Shown in pieces: positions 12,515 to 24,852 of a DNA stretch of 64,000 nt. This DNA comes from Callorhinchus milii. Taxonomy: Eukaryota. The stretch lies in NCBI RefSeq assembly GCF_018977255.1, contig NW_024704743.1, positions 84,694,001-84,758,000 of the forward strand. The letters are read 5' to 3'. A program made the position numbers and the translations under genes. Below the pieces are notes generated by a model. It searched no databases, was not told where the DNA came from, and saw only the letters and a program-made list of their open reading frames with translations. The first letter of the stretch is position 1; the number at the start of each line of letters is the position of its first letter.

Positions 12515-12818
12515 GCTGTCAGACTGGCTAAGTTGGAAGCACTCATATCTTTGTCAGAAGGTTGTAGGTTCAAACCTCATGTCAGGACTTGGAATTCATA
12601 TAGTCCAGGCTCAAACACCAATGCAGTGCGAGATGAACTACATTATCAGAGGTGCCAGCGTTCAAATGAGACCACAATCCTGTCTGCCTGTTCAGGTGGA
12701 CGTTAAAGATCTCATAATGCTATACTATGCCCCCAAGACGGTCTTTTCACTTTACAGTGCGTCTTGTGAAGTGCTTTGAGACTTCCTCCTGATGTGAAAA
12801 GTACTATACCAATGTAAC
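12515..12818 (+). mobile_element. Internally deleted Deu-domain SINE nested in an L2 3' fragment (about 12420-12950)
   Basis: Head, ctgtctgcctgttcaggtggacgttaaagatc and tail. The flanks continue L2 sequence (tggattgatttcaaagtcctc before; cattggtggctcaactttcag..ctctggaac after), with ctatc at both junctions. Confidence 0.7.
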
Positions 12819-15800
12819 TATCCCTCTGATCTTCTGTTACCCCACTCCTCTGTTCACACCTTTTGCTCAGCTAATTTGGGCTTGCCTCGCATCCCTCCCT
12901 TTTCATTGGTGGCTCAACTTTCAGATTTCCAGGGCCCTAACCTCTGGAACTTTTACCCTACTGCCACTGTACTGTAGCACTTATTTGATGCCTTGTGATT
13001 AAGAAACTACAAACTCTTGTGTAGTCTACAACTAGGAATGCTCCCAGTATTAATTACTTCTATACTGATGCTACGTCACATGTTGAGTGTACTTCCAGCT
13101 GCAGTGGCGCATGAAAGTTACAGTAAACGCCTGATACCTCAACTCTGTCTTAACTTGTCACCACTTAAATCATTAAAGCTGTTGATATCCTGGCCACATT
13201 TATTTATATATTTATACCCATGTCTAATTCTCCACTCCGGGTTAACTTGTCACTGAGCACTTTTCCCTTGGAGTGATGAGTTATCAGGAGTTTACAGTAT
13301 ATTATTCTGTTTAGTTTTGTGAAATATATATGCAATTACTCTTTCCATATGGAAGCATTTTTTTATGTTTTCTAACAAAAGCTATGGTAACTAAACATGG
13401 ATGCAAGAATGCTGTTTAAAAGTGTCTGTTATTTGATCTACCAAAAAGTAATGTGTTTTTGCTGGAATTATATTTTTGTTTGTGTTATCCAATAAGAAAC
13501 ATGGACACATTTTGTTGCTTATATTGGCCAAATTCTTTTAAAATAGAGGAACAATTTTTGAGCCTTGCCAAAACATGATCAATACTTTTTAAATTACACT
13601 TTTGACATTAGTTACAGTACTGTGAAGTATTGCAACTTTTAACATTTGCCATCAAATGTTGCAAGCCAGTTGAACCAGCTTAGGGATAAAGACCTCACTT
13701 GCCTCTCTCCTCCTGCTCCTCTCTTGGACTGCAGGGGACCAGAAAATCAGGCTCATCAGTGAGACTCGGAGGTGCAGACCAGTTACTGGGGGGGCAGGGA
13801 TTTTTCCCACTCAGCTCCTGTTAATCCTGCAAGTCACATTAAATAACAGGTAGGGTAGTCCTAGCTGGGCAAGCAACTGGAAAGGTTATGAGACAGTGGT
13901 TTGACAATGGCAAGCAATGTGTTTTTATCTGGTTAAACTCCAGAAGTACTGCAAAACACACTCTGGGGTCCCCAAGCCTTGGCTCTTGCCAACCTGTGCC
14001 TAAATACTGTCTGAATTAGGTAAACATAATGTGCACCTCTGGGAAGAGACTGTGCATTCCATACCAAACATGGGAATTTCTATGTGTCGATTACATCCAT
14101 GAAACTATGTCTGGTTTGGATACTCTTAAGCATGACGATGGGCGGTGATGGGATTCTGCATGTGCCAGACACCACTTGACCAAATAAAATTATATTTTGT
14201 TAACTTGGGAGCTGTGAGGTGACTGTTTTCCCTTCTCCCCCCACCCACATATTCTGCTCCAACCTCATTTCTGAAAGTCTGCGTTTTTATTTTGTCTTCT
14301 CTTTAAGTAATTCAACAGAAAACTGGCATCATACTTGTGCATCCATTATTTAGTGAATTGGCTCAATGATGTGGAAACTTCTTTTTAATGCCCAATTTGA
14401 AAAAGAAGTTTAAGTTGTGCAGCAGGAAGCATTTACAGTAAATCTACTGTGACAGTGTAGTTTAATGGGAAAATAGACATGCTATTTGTTTTTGATGTAC
14501 TTTCTTTACTTATGCTTACAGTGATCTTTTGCTGTTTTCTACTCTTGTTCTGTCATAAACTTACTTTATCACTCTCGATTGCAAGGAGTGAACTAGGTGA
14601 GCAAGTTGGCCAAGTGAACAGAAAGCAGTCTACAAATTTCCTCACATCCAAAAGACACTTATTAAATTTTATTAATTGCCTCCAGCACACCTGAATATGA
14701 AATTGGTAGCAACACTTGCACAACTTACAATTAAAAAATGAAGCATTTTCTGATTATTTTAAAAAATAGTGGTGCAAGTGGAATAAAGAAAATATCTTTG
14801 CATATTGGTAGAATAGGGAAACTTAATATTTGTATTACAGTTGTCATAACTCGTTCATGGATCCAATGTTCATGGACTGTGTACTTAGCATTATTTAATG
14901 ACTTATATTCTGTATCTTATTGCATCTGTGCGCACCTCACTAAATACAGTCAATCCACTTTACAATATATCCTGTGAAGTGTTTTGAGATGCCTTGACAA
15001 TGCGAAAGATGCAATATTAAATGCAAGGATTATTATTTTTACCTATTGTTTGTTTAGTTCTTATTTTTGAACTGGTAAATTAAATGACGAGTTATGCGGT
15101 GGTTACAAACAAATATTATGAACAAATGATACAAACTTAGGAGCTACTGTAGATATAATTGTTTTCTACTTTGCTGTAAATAGTTAACTGTTCAATTTAA
15201 ACATGATAGCAGTATTGTGCTATGGAATGATGCATTACACCATACAATTTATATGGCACTGTTCACTTCAGGAAGATGTCCCAAAGCACATTCAGTGTGC
15301 TGGGGGTAGGAGCTGAGGGAGTGGGGAAGGGAACGATGAGCAAAAGTATGGTCAAAGTTTTAAGATGGGTGGAGGTGGGGGGTGTGGGGAAGGACAACGA
15401 CGACTCTGAAATGGAGTTCTGGAGACCAGAGAAGGATAGCTGAAAGCTTGCCTGTTGATTGTGGGGCAGAGAGGATGGGGGACCTGAAGAGGCTTTTACG
15501 GTCAGACAACATCTGAAAGCCACGAAGTAAGGTTCGATTGTGTGAACTCCAATTGTGTTGGGAAGGGAAGCAATCTATAGTTGTCCCAATTCACTTGGCA
15601 TGTAATTGAGCAGAAGGCCAGCTTTGATGTTGTTACTAACAATTCATGGTCAAATAAAGGAGATTGGTTGGATGTGATATTTATGTATTGGTTGGATCAG
15701 AGCAAATAATCGTGATTGAATATCAGGCTTAGTATTGAGTAAATATAATGCTCAAGAGGTTCTAAAAAAATCAATATTTGATTTTTGCTATGAGTTTAAA

Positions 15801-15977
15801 TGGACTAAACAATGCTTGAACATTTTAATAAAAAAGAAATAGGACAATTGCAAATAAAGATACATAGTGACAGTGTTATAGAGTAAGATACCATTTCAAA
15901 GCAGTAATGCTTTGAAACCACCAAATGATTTGGTGGTTGTCAGAAAGTACAGGGACCATTTTAATTGGCTAGTTAGT

Positions 15978-16851
15978 GTGTCCAGACGACCTGTCGGACA
16001 TCAAGTCCAGGATGAGGGCAAATTTCCTACAGTTGAATGTGAACAAGACTGAGGCCCTCCCGATTGGCTCGTGCCAGCGCCTCAGCACCTCAGGCTCTGG
16101 CAACATCAACCTCCACGGTTGCACACTACAACTCACCGCCAGTCAGGAACCTGGTGTCTGGTTCGACCCTCAACTGTCTTCTACCCCACATTCAAGCCAT
16201 GACCCACACTGCTTTCCCTCACCTCCGTAACATCGCCCGACTCCGCCACTACCTCAGGCTGTTGAAACTCTTGTTCATGCCTTCATCACCTCCAGGCTCG
16301 ACTATGCCAACACCCTACTTGTTGGCCTTCCCAACTCCTCCCTCCACAGGCTGCAGATAATCCAGAACTCTGCAGCCCTTGTCCTCTCCCGCACCAAACT
16401 TCGTGACCCCATCTCCCCCATTCTCGCCCGACTCCACTGGCTCCCTATCCTTCAGAGGATCCAGTTCAAGATCCTGGTCCTCACATACAAAGCCCTCCAT
16501 GGCCTCGCCCCACCCTACCTCTGCGACCTCCTAACCCCCTACCAACCCACCTGTTCCCTCCGCTCAGCCGGCTCTGGCCTGCTCCACGTCCCCCGACCCA
16601 CCCGCCCCACCATTGGTGGGAGAGCCTTCAGCCACTCTTCCCCCAACCTCTGGAACTCCAACCCCCAGTCACTCCGCCTCACCCCCTCCTTAGCCTCCTT
16701 CAAGTCCTGCCTCAAGACTTGCCATCGCCACCCCCCTTCTCCCCTTACCCCCCCCCCACGCCAGCTTCGGTCTGAAATGTTGTCCGTTGTCCAGCGCCTT
16801 GGGACGTCCTCCTGACGTGAAAGGCACTACACAAATGTAATCTTGTTGTTG
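15978..16851 (+). mobile_element. 5'-truncated L2-clade LINE
   Basis: LSDIKSRMRANFLQLNVNKTEAL, HLRNIARLRHYL, tccaggctcgactatgccaac (SRLDYAN) and ctccactggctccct (LHWLP). Tail agcgccttgggacgtcctcctgacgtgaaaggcactacacaaatgtaatcttgttgttg. Confidence 0.95.
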
Positions 16852-19764
16852 TCCTGTATTTTGGTGCCCATGTGGTTGTTCAGAAACGTTTTATGTAGCA
16901 CCTGTTTTTTTATATTACTAATTGAAGGAAAAGAAACTGTTAGTGTACTCACTATTATGCACATATATGGGAGAATAATCTTTAGCACTTCTGAGTTATC
17001 CAGTATATACAATCCAAGCATTGATTTTTGATCCATATGGAACATAAATCAGTTGAAACTAATGCATGAAGCACTTAATTTTTTTTAAAAAGGGTGCTCA
17101 TTGCATTTTGGCTACCGAACAATTCAGCCCTAGGATAAAATGCTTTTTGCCAAGTAAGTCATTTTGAGCCCGGACTCAATTTGAAGAAGTACAGAACTTC
17201 AGCCACGTGATGAAGAATGTGATTTAGTAGTTGAAGTATTTTGTGACTATGAACAGTCTCAGATGTTTGGGATCATAACTTGACGAAGGAGAGACTACAA
17301 TACTTTCTTTGATTTTTCTGAATAATCGTCAATGCAGCAATTTCATATTGAGCTGATGTTTTAATGTAACTGAAGTTACTGTTCTACATTTCGGCCAACT
17401 AGTGCAGTGAATTAACTCTTGTCATGAAATGTTATTGCAACCAGATTTAATTATATGTCCAGTATGCCAAATTAAACTTCCTTTTTTAATAGTTGCTTTT
17501 AACTATTTAAAAATACTTGCTATCCAAAATACTGTTCTTTGTTGAATTGGGATTTTATTTTGCTCTGAGTGAAATGTTCTCTATTGTTGATAACTTCAGA
17601 GACCCAATGTCACGAACTTAGGCAAGGAGGAGTGTACAACTCTTGAGTAGCTCCATTTATTTTACTGGGAGCTCCAGCTATGCACTAGGTTAGACTAGCT
17701 TGGCAAGTGATAGTGCATAGTGTTGCATGTTCAAATCCGTGTCCATGATCCTTGAAAGTTGAGAATATTTTTCCAGGGGTTACAAATGCTGTGGTCTGTT
17801 ATCTATTGATTGATTTGTGAATGGAATGAGAAAATTGAGATTGTTTCTTTCACAGTTGCACATGATTGAACCTACCCACTCAGAAGGAAGAGATGTAAAG
17901 GAATGACTAGACAAGCTAGGATTCTTCAGTCTCAAAGATGCATCAGTTTTTTTTGGTCAGCCGGCAATGTGATGCCCATCGCCATGCTTAAGAGTATCAA
18001 AACCAGAGATCTATGTGTAAGGAAAGAGTTAACATAAAATGTTAAATACAGAAATTGATGCAGAAAAACACCGTGGCCTTGACTTTGTTTACCAGGAATA
18101 TACCTTCTTTTAAGGAGAAGTGGGGAGAACACTTGGAAGAAAATATTTTAGTTGGCATCCATCACATGGACAACTGGCGGTCTGAACACTGCTGTTAAAC
18201 ATGCTGTACAGTATCGGGCCTATGAGCTTTAACCACCGAGGGTGTATGGGCTATTTCATTGGTCTGGGCTTTGCACAATAACCAATTGGGTATAAAAATA
18301 GAGTTCAGTCAAGAACAATGAGACACAGATTTGACTGACTCCCCGCTGCTCTCCCAAAAAGTATGGTAACTGATCAATACTGATTTGTTGACACCCTGGT
18401 TGGTCCCGTTTTAGTATCTCGCGGTAGTGGATCTTTGCTCATTGTATAATCATTGACTGTGGAACTATAATGAAGGAAAAATAATTGTTTAACAGCCAAA
18501 TGATACATTATTTCATTGTTAATTAAATAATGAAAGTTTCCTTACATATGCATGCTGCCAGTTTTGCATAGAAACTTCCTGTTGTGTGGAATGGGGTGTG
18601 CTCCCTTCTCGTCCCCACCCCCCCGATCCACCCGGAATGTCATCGGTACACTTAAAGCTGAGAAACTTAGGTGCAAGTTTAAAGTGCTTTGGGGTACTGC
18701 TGGTTTAATCAGTTAAAACCACATAATTTGCTATTGTGAACACTGCCAGGCAAAGTGGCTTTGCTTTTCCAGCAAGTATCTTTGGCTTTCAAGAATCCCT
18801 GCCCCAGTGACTAGTCTGCCTCTGCAGGACACGTTGACAAGCCAGGCTTGCTTATCTAGTTGTTTGTAGTATCTTAAAGTACTGTGGATCTTCGTAGTTC
18901 AGGAACCAGACTATCAAGATTGCTCAGAGGAACTGCCCATTGAGGCGACTTATGACTTATTGTTCAGTGTTTGTGGAATAACTCAAGAACCCTTCTTCCA
19001 GTAAAATGCCCATATCATTAAATATGTGGTTACACAGCTTATCAAATGTCTTGTGAAAATAGTAAATTGTATAAATAGTCAAATTGTTTTAATTGGATTC
19101 CCCTTGTTAGTTCGGTTGCCTCGTTAAATAGGTCCAGCAGTTTTGTTAAACTTGACTTCTAAATTCAGTTGGACTACATTTTATGAAATGGGACGAGATG
19201 GCCAGTTTAATTGGTGAATACCTTTGACCTTGTATACGAAGGTCTTAAAAGTAATCAATTTTCAGCCAAGCTTCAATGTGACAAACTGTTCTGACTCGGT
19301 GATGCTGATATTCATGTAGAATAATACTGCAAAACCATATTAACCTCAAATTCTGAACCAGCTACATTACTAATGGCAATTGTTAAAATGGGGAAAGTGA
19401 AGGTCAATCTCATAAATTGAAGAATAGACCACAATACCCTTAGGAACTAGAAGCATGGGAAATCAGGATTGTCCTCAGATACACAAAGGTACCAGGTCAA
19501 GGACTTTGGTCCTTAGACAGAAGGGATACAGTTGTTTGCATGTCCTTACTGAACTTATTCTCGGGGGAGGGGGAGATCAGTGGGCAGAGAAACAAAATCC
19601 AAATTTGGGGGAGCATCTCCATTCAAAATTCTTGTGGTCGAATAGTAAACGAGTGGGTTAACTAACATGAAGTGAATACCAGACTGTGAATACCAGTAAG
19701 TGAATAGAGGGCCACAAGCAAGACAAAATTAGGAATTTCCCCCTCTCGTTGCTAGTTGTACATA

Positions 19765-20471
19765 CTGGTCCTCACTTACAAAGCCCTCCATAGCCTCGTC
19801 CCACCCTATCTCTGTGACCTCCTAACCCCCAAACAACCCGCCCGCTGCCTCCGCTCAGCCGGCTCTGGCCTGCTCCACGTACCCGCCCCACCATTGGCGG
19901 GAGAGCCTTCAGCCGCTCTGCCTCCAACCTCTGGAATTCCATCCCCCAATCACTCCGCCTCACCCCCTCTTTAGCCTCCTTCAGGTTCTGCCTCAAAACC
20001 TTCCTCTTTGACCATGCCATCGGTCATCTCCCCTCTCCTTCCTTCTCCTCCCCCTGACCCTAGCTCGGGTCTGAAATGCTGTGCACTGTCCAGCACCTTG
20101 GGACGTCCTCCTATAATAATAATCCTTGCATTTGATATAGCGCTTTCTACGTCGGGAGGACGTCCCAAAGCTCTTCACAGAACACACTGTAAAGTGAATT
20201 GACTGTATATTTGTGGGCGAACGCGGCAGCCAATTGCGCATAGCAATATTCCACAAACAGTTGTAGATTGAAAATGACCAATTTATTATTGTTTTTGGTT
20301 TTGGAGGGATTATTATTAGGCTCTGTGTGGAGTAAGGAAACTTGCTCAAGGTTTCGCCCTCTGCCTGGAATTGAACTCAGGTCTCTCACTTGCAAAGCGA
20401 GTGCTCTAACCACTGAGCTACAGGACTCCTGACATGAAAGGCGCTATACAAATGTAATGTTGTTGTTGTTG
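19765..20471 (+). mobile_element. L2 3' fragment interrupted within its tail by an antisense SINE
   Basis: ILVLTYKALHSLVPPYLCDLL, highly similar to 16470-16851. The tail is split as ttgggacgtcctcc (to 20111) and tgacatgaaaggcgctatacaaatgtaatgttgttg (from 20430). Confidence 0.92.
20114..20429 (-). mobile_element. Full-length young tRNA-derived SINE, short variant
   Basis: Near-identical reverse complement of 42248-42554. Confidence 0.95.
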
Positions 20472-20949
20472 TATGTGGAATAGACTTGGTTGAAACAGTC
20501 TTGTGCTTAATTGTGCCTCTTCTTAAAACATTTTTTTAATAACCATTAGGAATAACTAAGTGAGGAATATGACTGAGGTTATAAGGATAAGTAGAGATAA
20601 TTTCAATGATGTATGGAACCTAATGGTTCTTCAGCTGTTATTTCTGTGGAAATGTTGTGCCAATAGAAGGAACTGGTTTGGGTCCAATTCAGATGTACGT
20701 ATTAGTGTTTATAATTTGCAGTGACTAAGGCAAGGCTGACCTTTACCTAGAATTAAAACCATTTCCTGACAATAGACGTAATTTGGAATGACCTGAATGA
20801 TTAACATGGTTAATAAAAGGTGTTATGATTTGGGCACTGAGTTTGTGGTTTTTGTCGAAAAAGTTGGGGAGAGAAAATGGCTTTCTGCAGTTATGATGTC
20901 TGCAGCATTGGTTTACTGAACATCCTGTCTGGTTTGGAATTTTACACAC

Positions 20950-22211
20950 AGCACAGAAACAGCCCTGGTCAAAGTGACAAATGACATTCTGTTCACCTGC
21001 CTCCTCGTCCTACTCGACCTCTCTGCTGCTTTCGACACCGTCAACCACTCTATCCTCATCAAGAGCCCCTCCTCTCACCTCAAGTGCGCTCACCTTAACT
21101 GGTTCAGATCATACCTCTCACACCGCCTGCACTTCATCTCCTCAAATGGCTTTCCTCTAGCCCCCGGACCATCTCATGCAGCGTTCCTCAGGGCTCTGTC
21201 CTTGGTTCCCTCCTCTTCAATATCATATGCTCCCTCTTGGTGACATAATCCGCAGACATGGGTTCAACTTGCACATGTATACGGATGACACCCAACTCTA
21301 CCTCTCTGTCTCCACCCTTGACTCCAGGACCACTGCTGTCCTGTCAGACATCAAGTCCTGGATGAGAGCTAACTTTCTTCAGTTGAATGTCAACAAGACC
21401 GAGGCTCTCCTGATTGGCTCCCGTCAGCGCCTCCTCACCTCAGACGCTGATAGCATCACCATGCATGGTTGCACACTCCACCTCACTGAGCCAGTCCTGA
21501 ACCTTGGGGTCTTGATTGACCCTCAACTATCCTTTCTACCCTACATCTGCACCATGACTCGCTCTGCCTTCCCCCACCTCCGCAACGTCGCCCGGCTCCG
21601 CCACTGTCTCAAACCGAGGCCCCCGAAACCCTCATACACGGTTTCATTGCATCGAGGCTTGAGTATGCAAACTCATTGCTTGTTGGCCTCCCCAACTCCT
21701 CCCTCTACAGGCTGCAGATCATCCAAAACTCTGCAGCCTGAATCCTCTCCTGCACTAGGCTCCATGACACTATCATCCCCATCCTTGCCCAACTACACTG
21801 GCTTCACATCACAGAGGATACAGTTCAAGATCCTGGTCCTCACCTTCAAAGCCCTCCATGGTTTTGCACCCCCTACCTCTCCGACCTCCTAACACCCATC
21901 ATCCTGTTCGCCCCCTCCGCCCAGCGGTCTCCGCCCTGCTTCATGTCCCCCACCTTACTCGTCCCACTATTGGCGGGTGGGCCTTCTGCCACTCTGCCCC
22001 CACCCTCTGGAACTCCATCCCGCAGTCCCTCCATCTCGCCCCCTCTTGCCACCTTTGAGACCTATCAAGACCCTCTTTGACCTTGCTTTCGATCTATCTG
22101 CTTTCCCCCCCTGCCCTCCACCCTCCCCTACTCTTAGCTCGGGTCCGTAACTCTGTCTAGCGCCTTTGGAAGTCCACCCAACGTGAAAGGTGTTTTACAA
22201 ATGTTGTTGTT
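20950..22211 (+). mobile_element. 5'-truncated L2-clade LINE (RT domain plus tail)
   Basis: LLVLLDLSAAFDTVNH, cctcagggctctgtccttgg (PQGSVLG), MLPLGDIIRRHG, YTDDTQLYLS and WMRANFLQLNVNKTEALLIG, with frameshifts. Ends in a (TTG)n tail. Confidence 0.95.
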
Positions 22212-24155
22212 TAAAATTGAATTTGAGTGTATTTGCAACAGTTGGGATACTACAATACAAAATTACATCTGTATAGTGTCTTTCACATCGGAGGACATCA
22301 CAGGGCACTGGATAAGAATAAGAGAATTACTTGAAATCTAGCCAAGCAGTCCAGATTGCTCCATGCATATGCAGGGTAAGCTAAAGTACATTTTTGATTA
22401 TACTATCAAGCCTTGAATCATCTTCATATTTCCTTTTGTGGTGAATTTGAGAACTAAAGAGGAATGCCGAGCAAAGATGAAAGACTTTCCCTTGGAGAGC
22501 ACGGGGGCAATTGGAGGGTGAGTCAATCTCTAGAACTGATTGAGTTAAGAGTATTATACTGCGTAGAGAGGTTCTTGTTCGAAGAAAAACTGAAGGAAAG
22601 GGGATTTTATTTTGTGTGACATGTGCACAATAAATGTGATAAATAAATAACTAATTTGCATACGGTAGAAATCTTTGTAGTTTGCTTTTGCTGGTCCAGT
22701 AGTTTGCTGGTATAGTACAAGATGCAGCTTAGCGAGCAGGAGTTTGGTTGTGCTGCTTGTTTCCAGGGAACAAGATTTCAAGAAATTTCCAAGATTTCCA
22801 CATTAGTGGCTTCATGAAGAGTGATCCAGCCTCGTGAATTGGCGTGCATTCTATGAGGAAAATGGAACTGCAAGTTGTGGTATAATAAATCCTTATCTCA
22901 TGTAAACTGTGTGGTTTCATGCTTCAGTTTCGATTCAATAAAGCTGTTTAAGAAGTGGTCAAACTTCAACAGGAAGTATTGCTTTATAATACAATTTAAA
23001 ATTATGCCTTATTTTTGCCATAAGTCAAGAAATGTTCAATCAAGAAAATGCATTTTGTTGACCGACCAAAAAGATTTTGTTGCCGCACTATTTGATAGTC
23101 CAACCAGCTAAAACTGCACAGCTTGCAATTGAAAGCTCTGTCTGGTGAGCTTTCCTGCTGCTTGTTCAATGAACCCTACCCTTTAGGGCTTTGGCTCGCA
23201 GAGATAACAGGAGCTGAATGGGAAGAATCCTTGCTCACAGTCATCGGGCTGCAATGAAAATGAACCAGGCTGGCTGGTCTTTAGAAGTGACCTGGAGTAC
23301 TGCGGACCCATCTGGCTCAGGAACTGGACTACTGAGACAGCCACAGAGGGTTGACTTGATTCTGACTTTCCGCTCCAAGGAGACACTGCTTGAAGAGAGA
23401 CGAACATCAGAGTTCCAATAACCAATTTGCACACAACAATGTCTTGTAAATAGCCATGAAGTGAATAACCACTGACCAATTTACCAATTGCTGTCTCCTG
23501 AGAAGTTGCCTCTGCTTCTGACTCGTGTTAAGGGTCTGCAGTTTACCAGATCTCTTTCCACAAATCCTGCCTTAGTAATTCCTTAGCACCAAATGAGAGG
23601 AGGCTATTTAACTTGCTTCTGGCATGAATTAGCTTTTTTTCCATTCCAGCTGATCTTGGGTACGTGAGTATAGTTTCCAATGTTGCCACTCTGATTGCCC
23701 CGGGAGGTGATCTTACTACCTTGCATTTGCTGGCAGTTTAACAATGGTGAGAGGATACAGTTAAAATACCCCCTTAATAACCCCTCCATGAAACGATCCA
23801 GTGCTGGTGCATGAAAGTTATGTTTCAACTCGTACTTATTGCACCACCTCAGTTACTTGAGGAAAATGAAGCAGCCCACCCAGCCCCAGGGAGCTTGGAG
23901 TTTCTCTGGGTTTGTGTGGGTTTCTTGCAAAAGCCTTCTCAAAATTGATGTTTTCTCTATTAGACTGTAAATATTCTTGACATTCAGAGATGAATTTCAA
24001 GTCAGCTATTAGATTAGATTTACACAAAGTGGGGTGGGGGCATTGTCAGCCTTCCAAGTTTAAAAGGAGAAAATTACCCTTTTTTTTTCCAAACACGAAT
24101 TGAGAATAGCAGGCAAGAATTTTCATTTTTGTTCTAAACATTAAGCTGATAACTC

Positions 24156-24280
24156 TTCTGATAAAGGATCATGGACCCAAAACATGGACTCACTTTCCTT
24201 TCTCCATAGATGCTGCCTGACCTGCTGAGTTTTCCCAGCTCTCTCTGTTTTTGTTTCAGATTCCAGCATCTTGTATTTTG
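24156..24280 (+). mobile_element. Penelope-like element end remnant, copy 1
   Basis: ctgataaaggatcatggacccaaaac..tctccatagatgctgcctgacctgctgag..tttcagattccagcatc. The same sequence recurs at 49390 and 59430. PLE assignment is inferred from the hammerhead-like core and the inverted arrangement of the other copies. Confidence 0.6.
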
Positions 24281-24539
24281 TTCAAGCTGATTATTTTACT
24301 TGATTCCCCCCACATTTGAGAAAAGAAGGCATTTAACCAGACCTCTGACACTGCTGTATTTAGCCAGTTTGCTAACAGCTGAAGAAAGAACTATGAGGGA
24401 GCATTTCTGAGAAGAAAAATGGGGAATTTGCAAAATACAGATATCAGCCTCTTCATCTCAGTTTTGTATATTAAAAAAATATAAATTTAGGATTGAAGCC
24501 TCATATTGGGGCTTTGAAGTCAGACTTGGTTGACTCTTC

Positions 24540-24852
24540 AATGCAGTCCTGGGGAGTGCTACATTGCTGGGGGTGCTATCCTTTGGATGAGAAACTAAAC
24601 TGAGGTCTCCACTACCTTTTCAGGTGACATTAAATATCCTGTGGCACGATTCGAGAAGAGTTTCTTCCTTGCTCATCAATCTACCAAATAAAGTTGGTCA
24701 TTCGCTTTATGGCTGTTTGTGGGTCATTGGTGTGCACAAATTGGCTGCTGTGTTTTACAACAAAATAGTCCCTGCGCTCTACAATAAATCCTGTGAAGCG
24801 CTTTGAGAGTAACTCCTGATGTGAAAGATGCTATAATAAATGCAAGGATTAT
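24540..24852 (+). mobile_element. Deu-domain SINE remnant
   Basis: ctttggatgaga..ttcaggtgacattaaatatcctgtggcacgatt..gctgtttgtggg..aaattggctgct..gtgaagcgctttgag..aaatgcaaggattat. Confidence 0.75.

Noticed and set aside
21176..21892. 238-aa RT-like ORF (and the 209-aa ORF at 30609-31238) as an active or domesticated reverse transcriptase
   Set aside because: Both are 5'-truncated, frameshifted L2 copies with an altered catalytic motif (YTDD, HEDD), and neither has an endonuclease domain or ORF1.
22550..23850. Cluster of short overlapping ORFs in unique sequence
   Set aside because: No recognisable domain, stops in all frames, and no consistent splice pattern. A translated search would be needed to exclude an ancient transposon.
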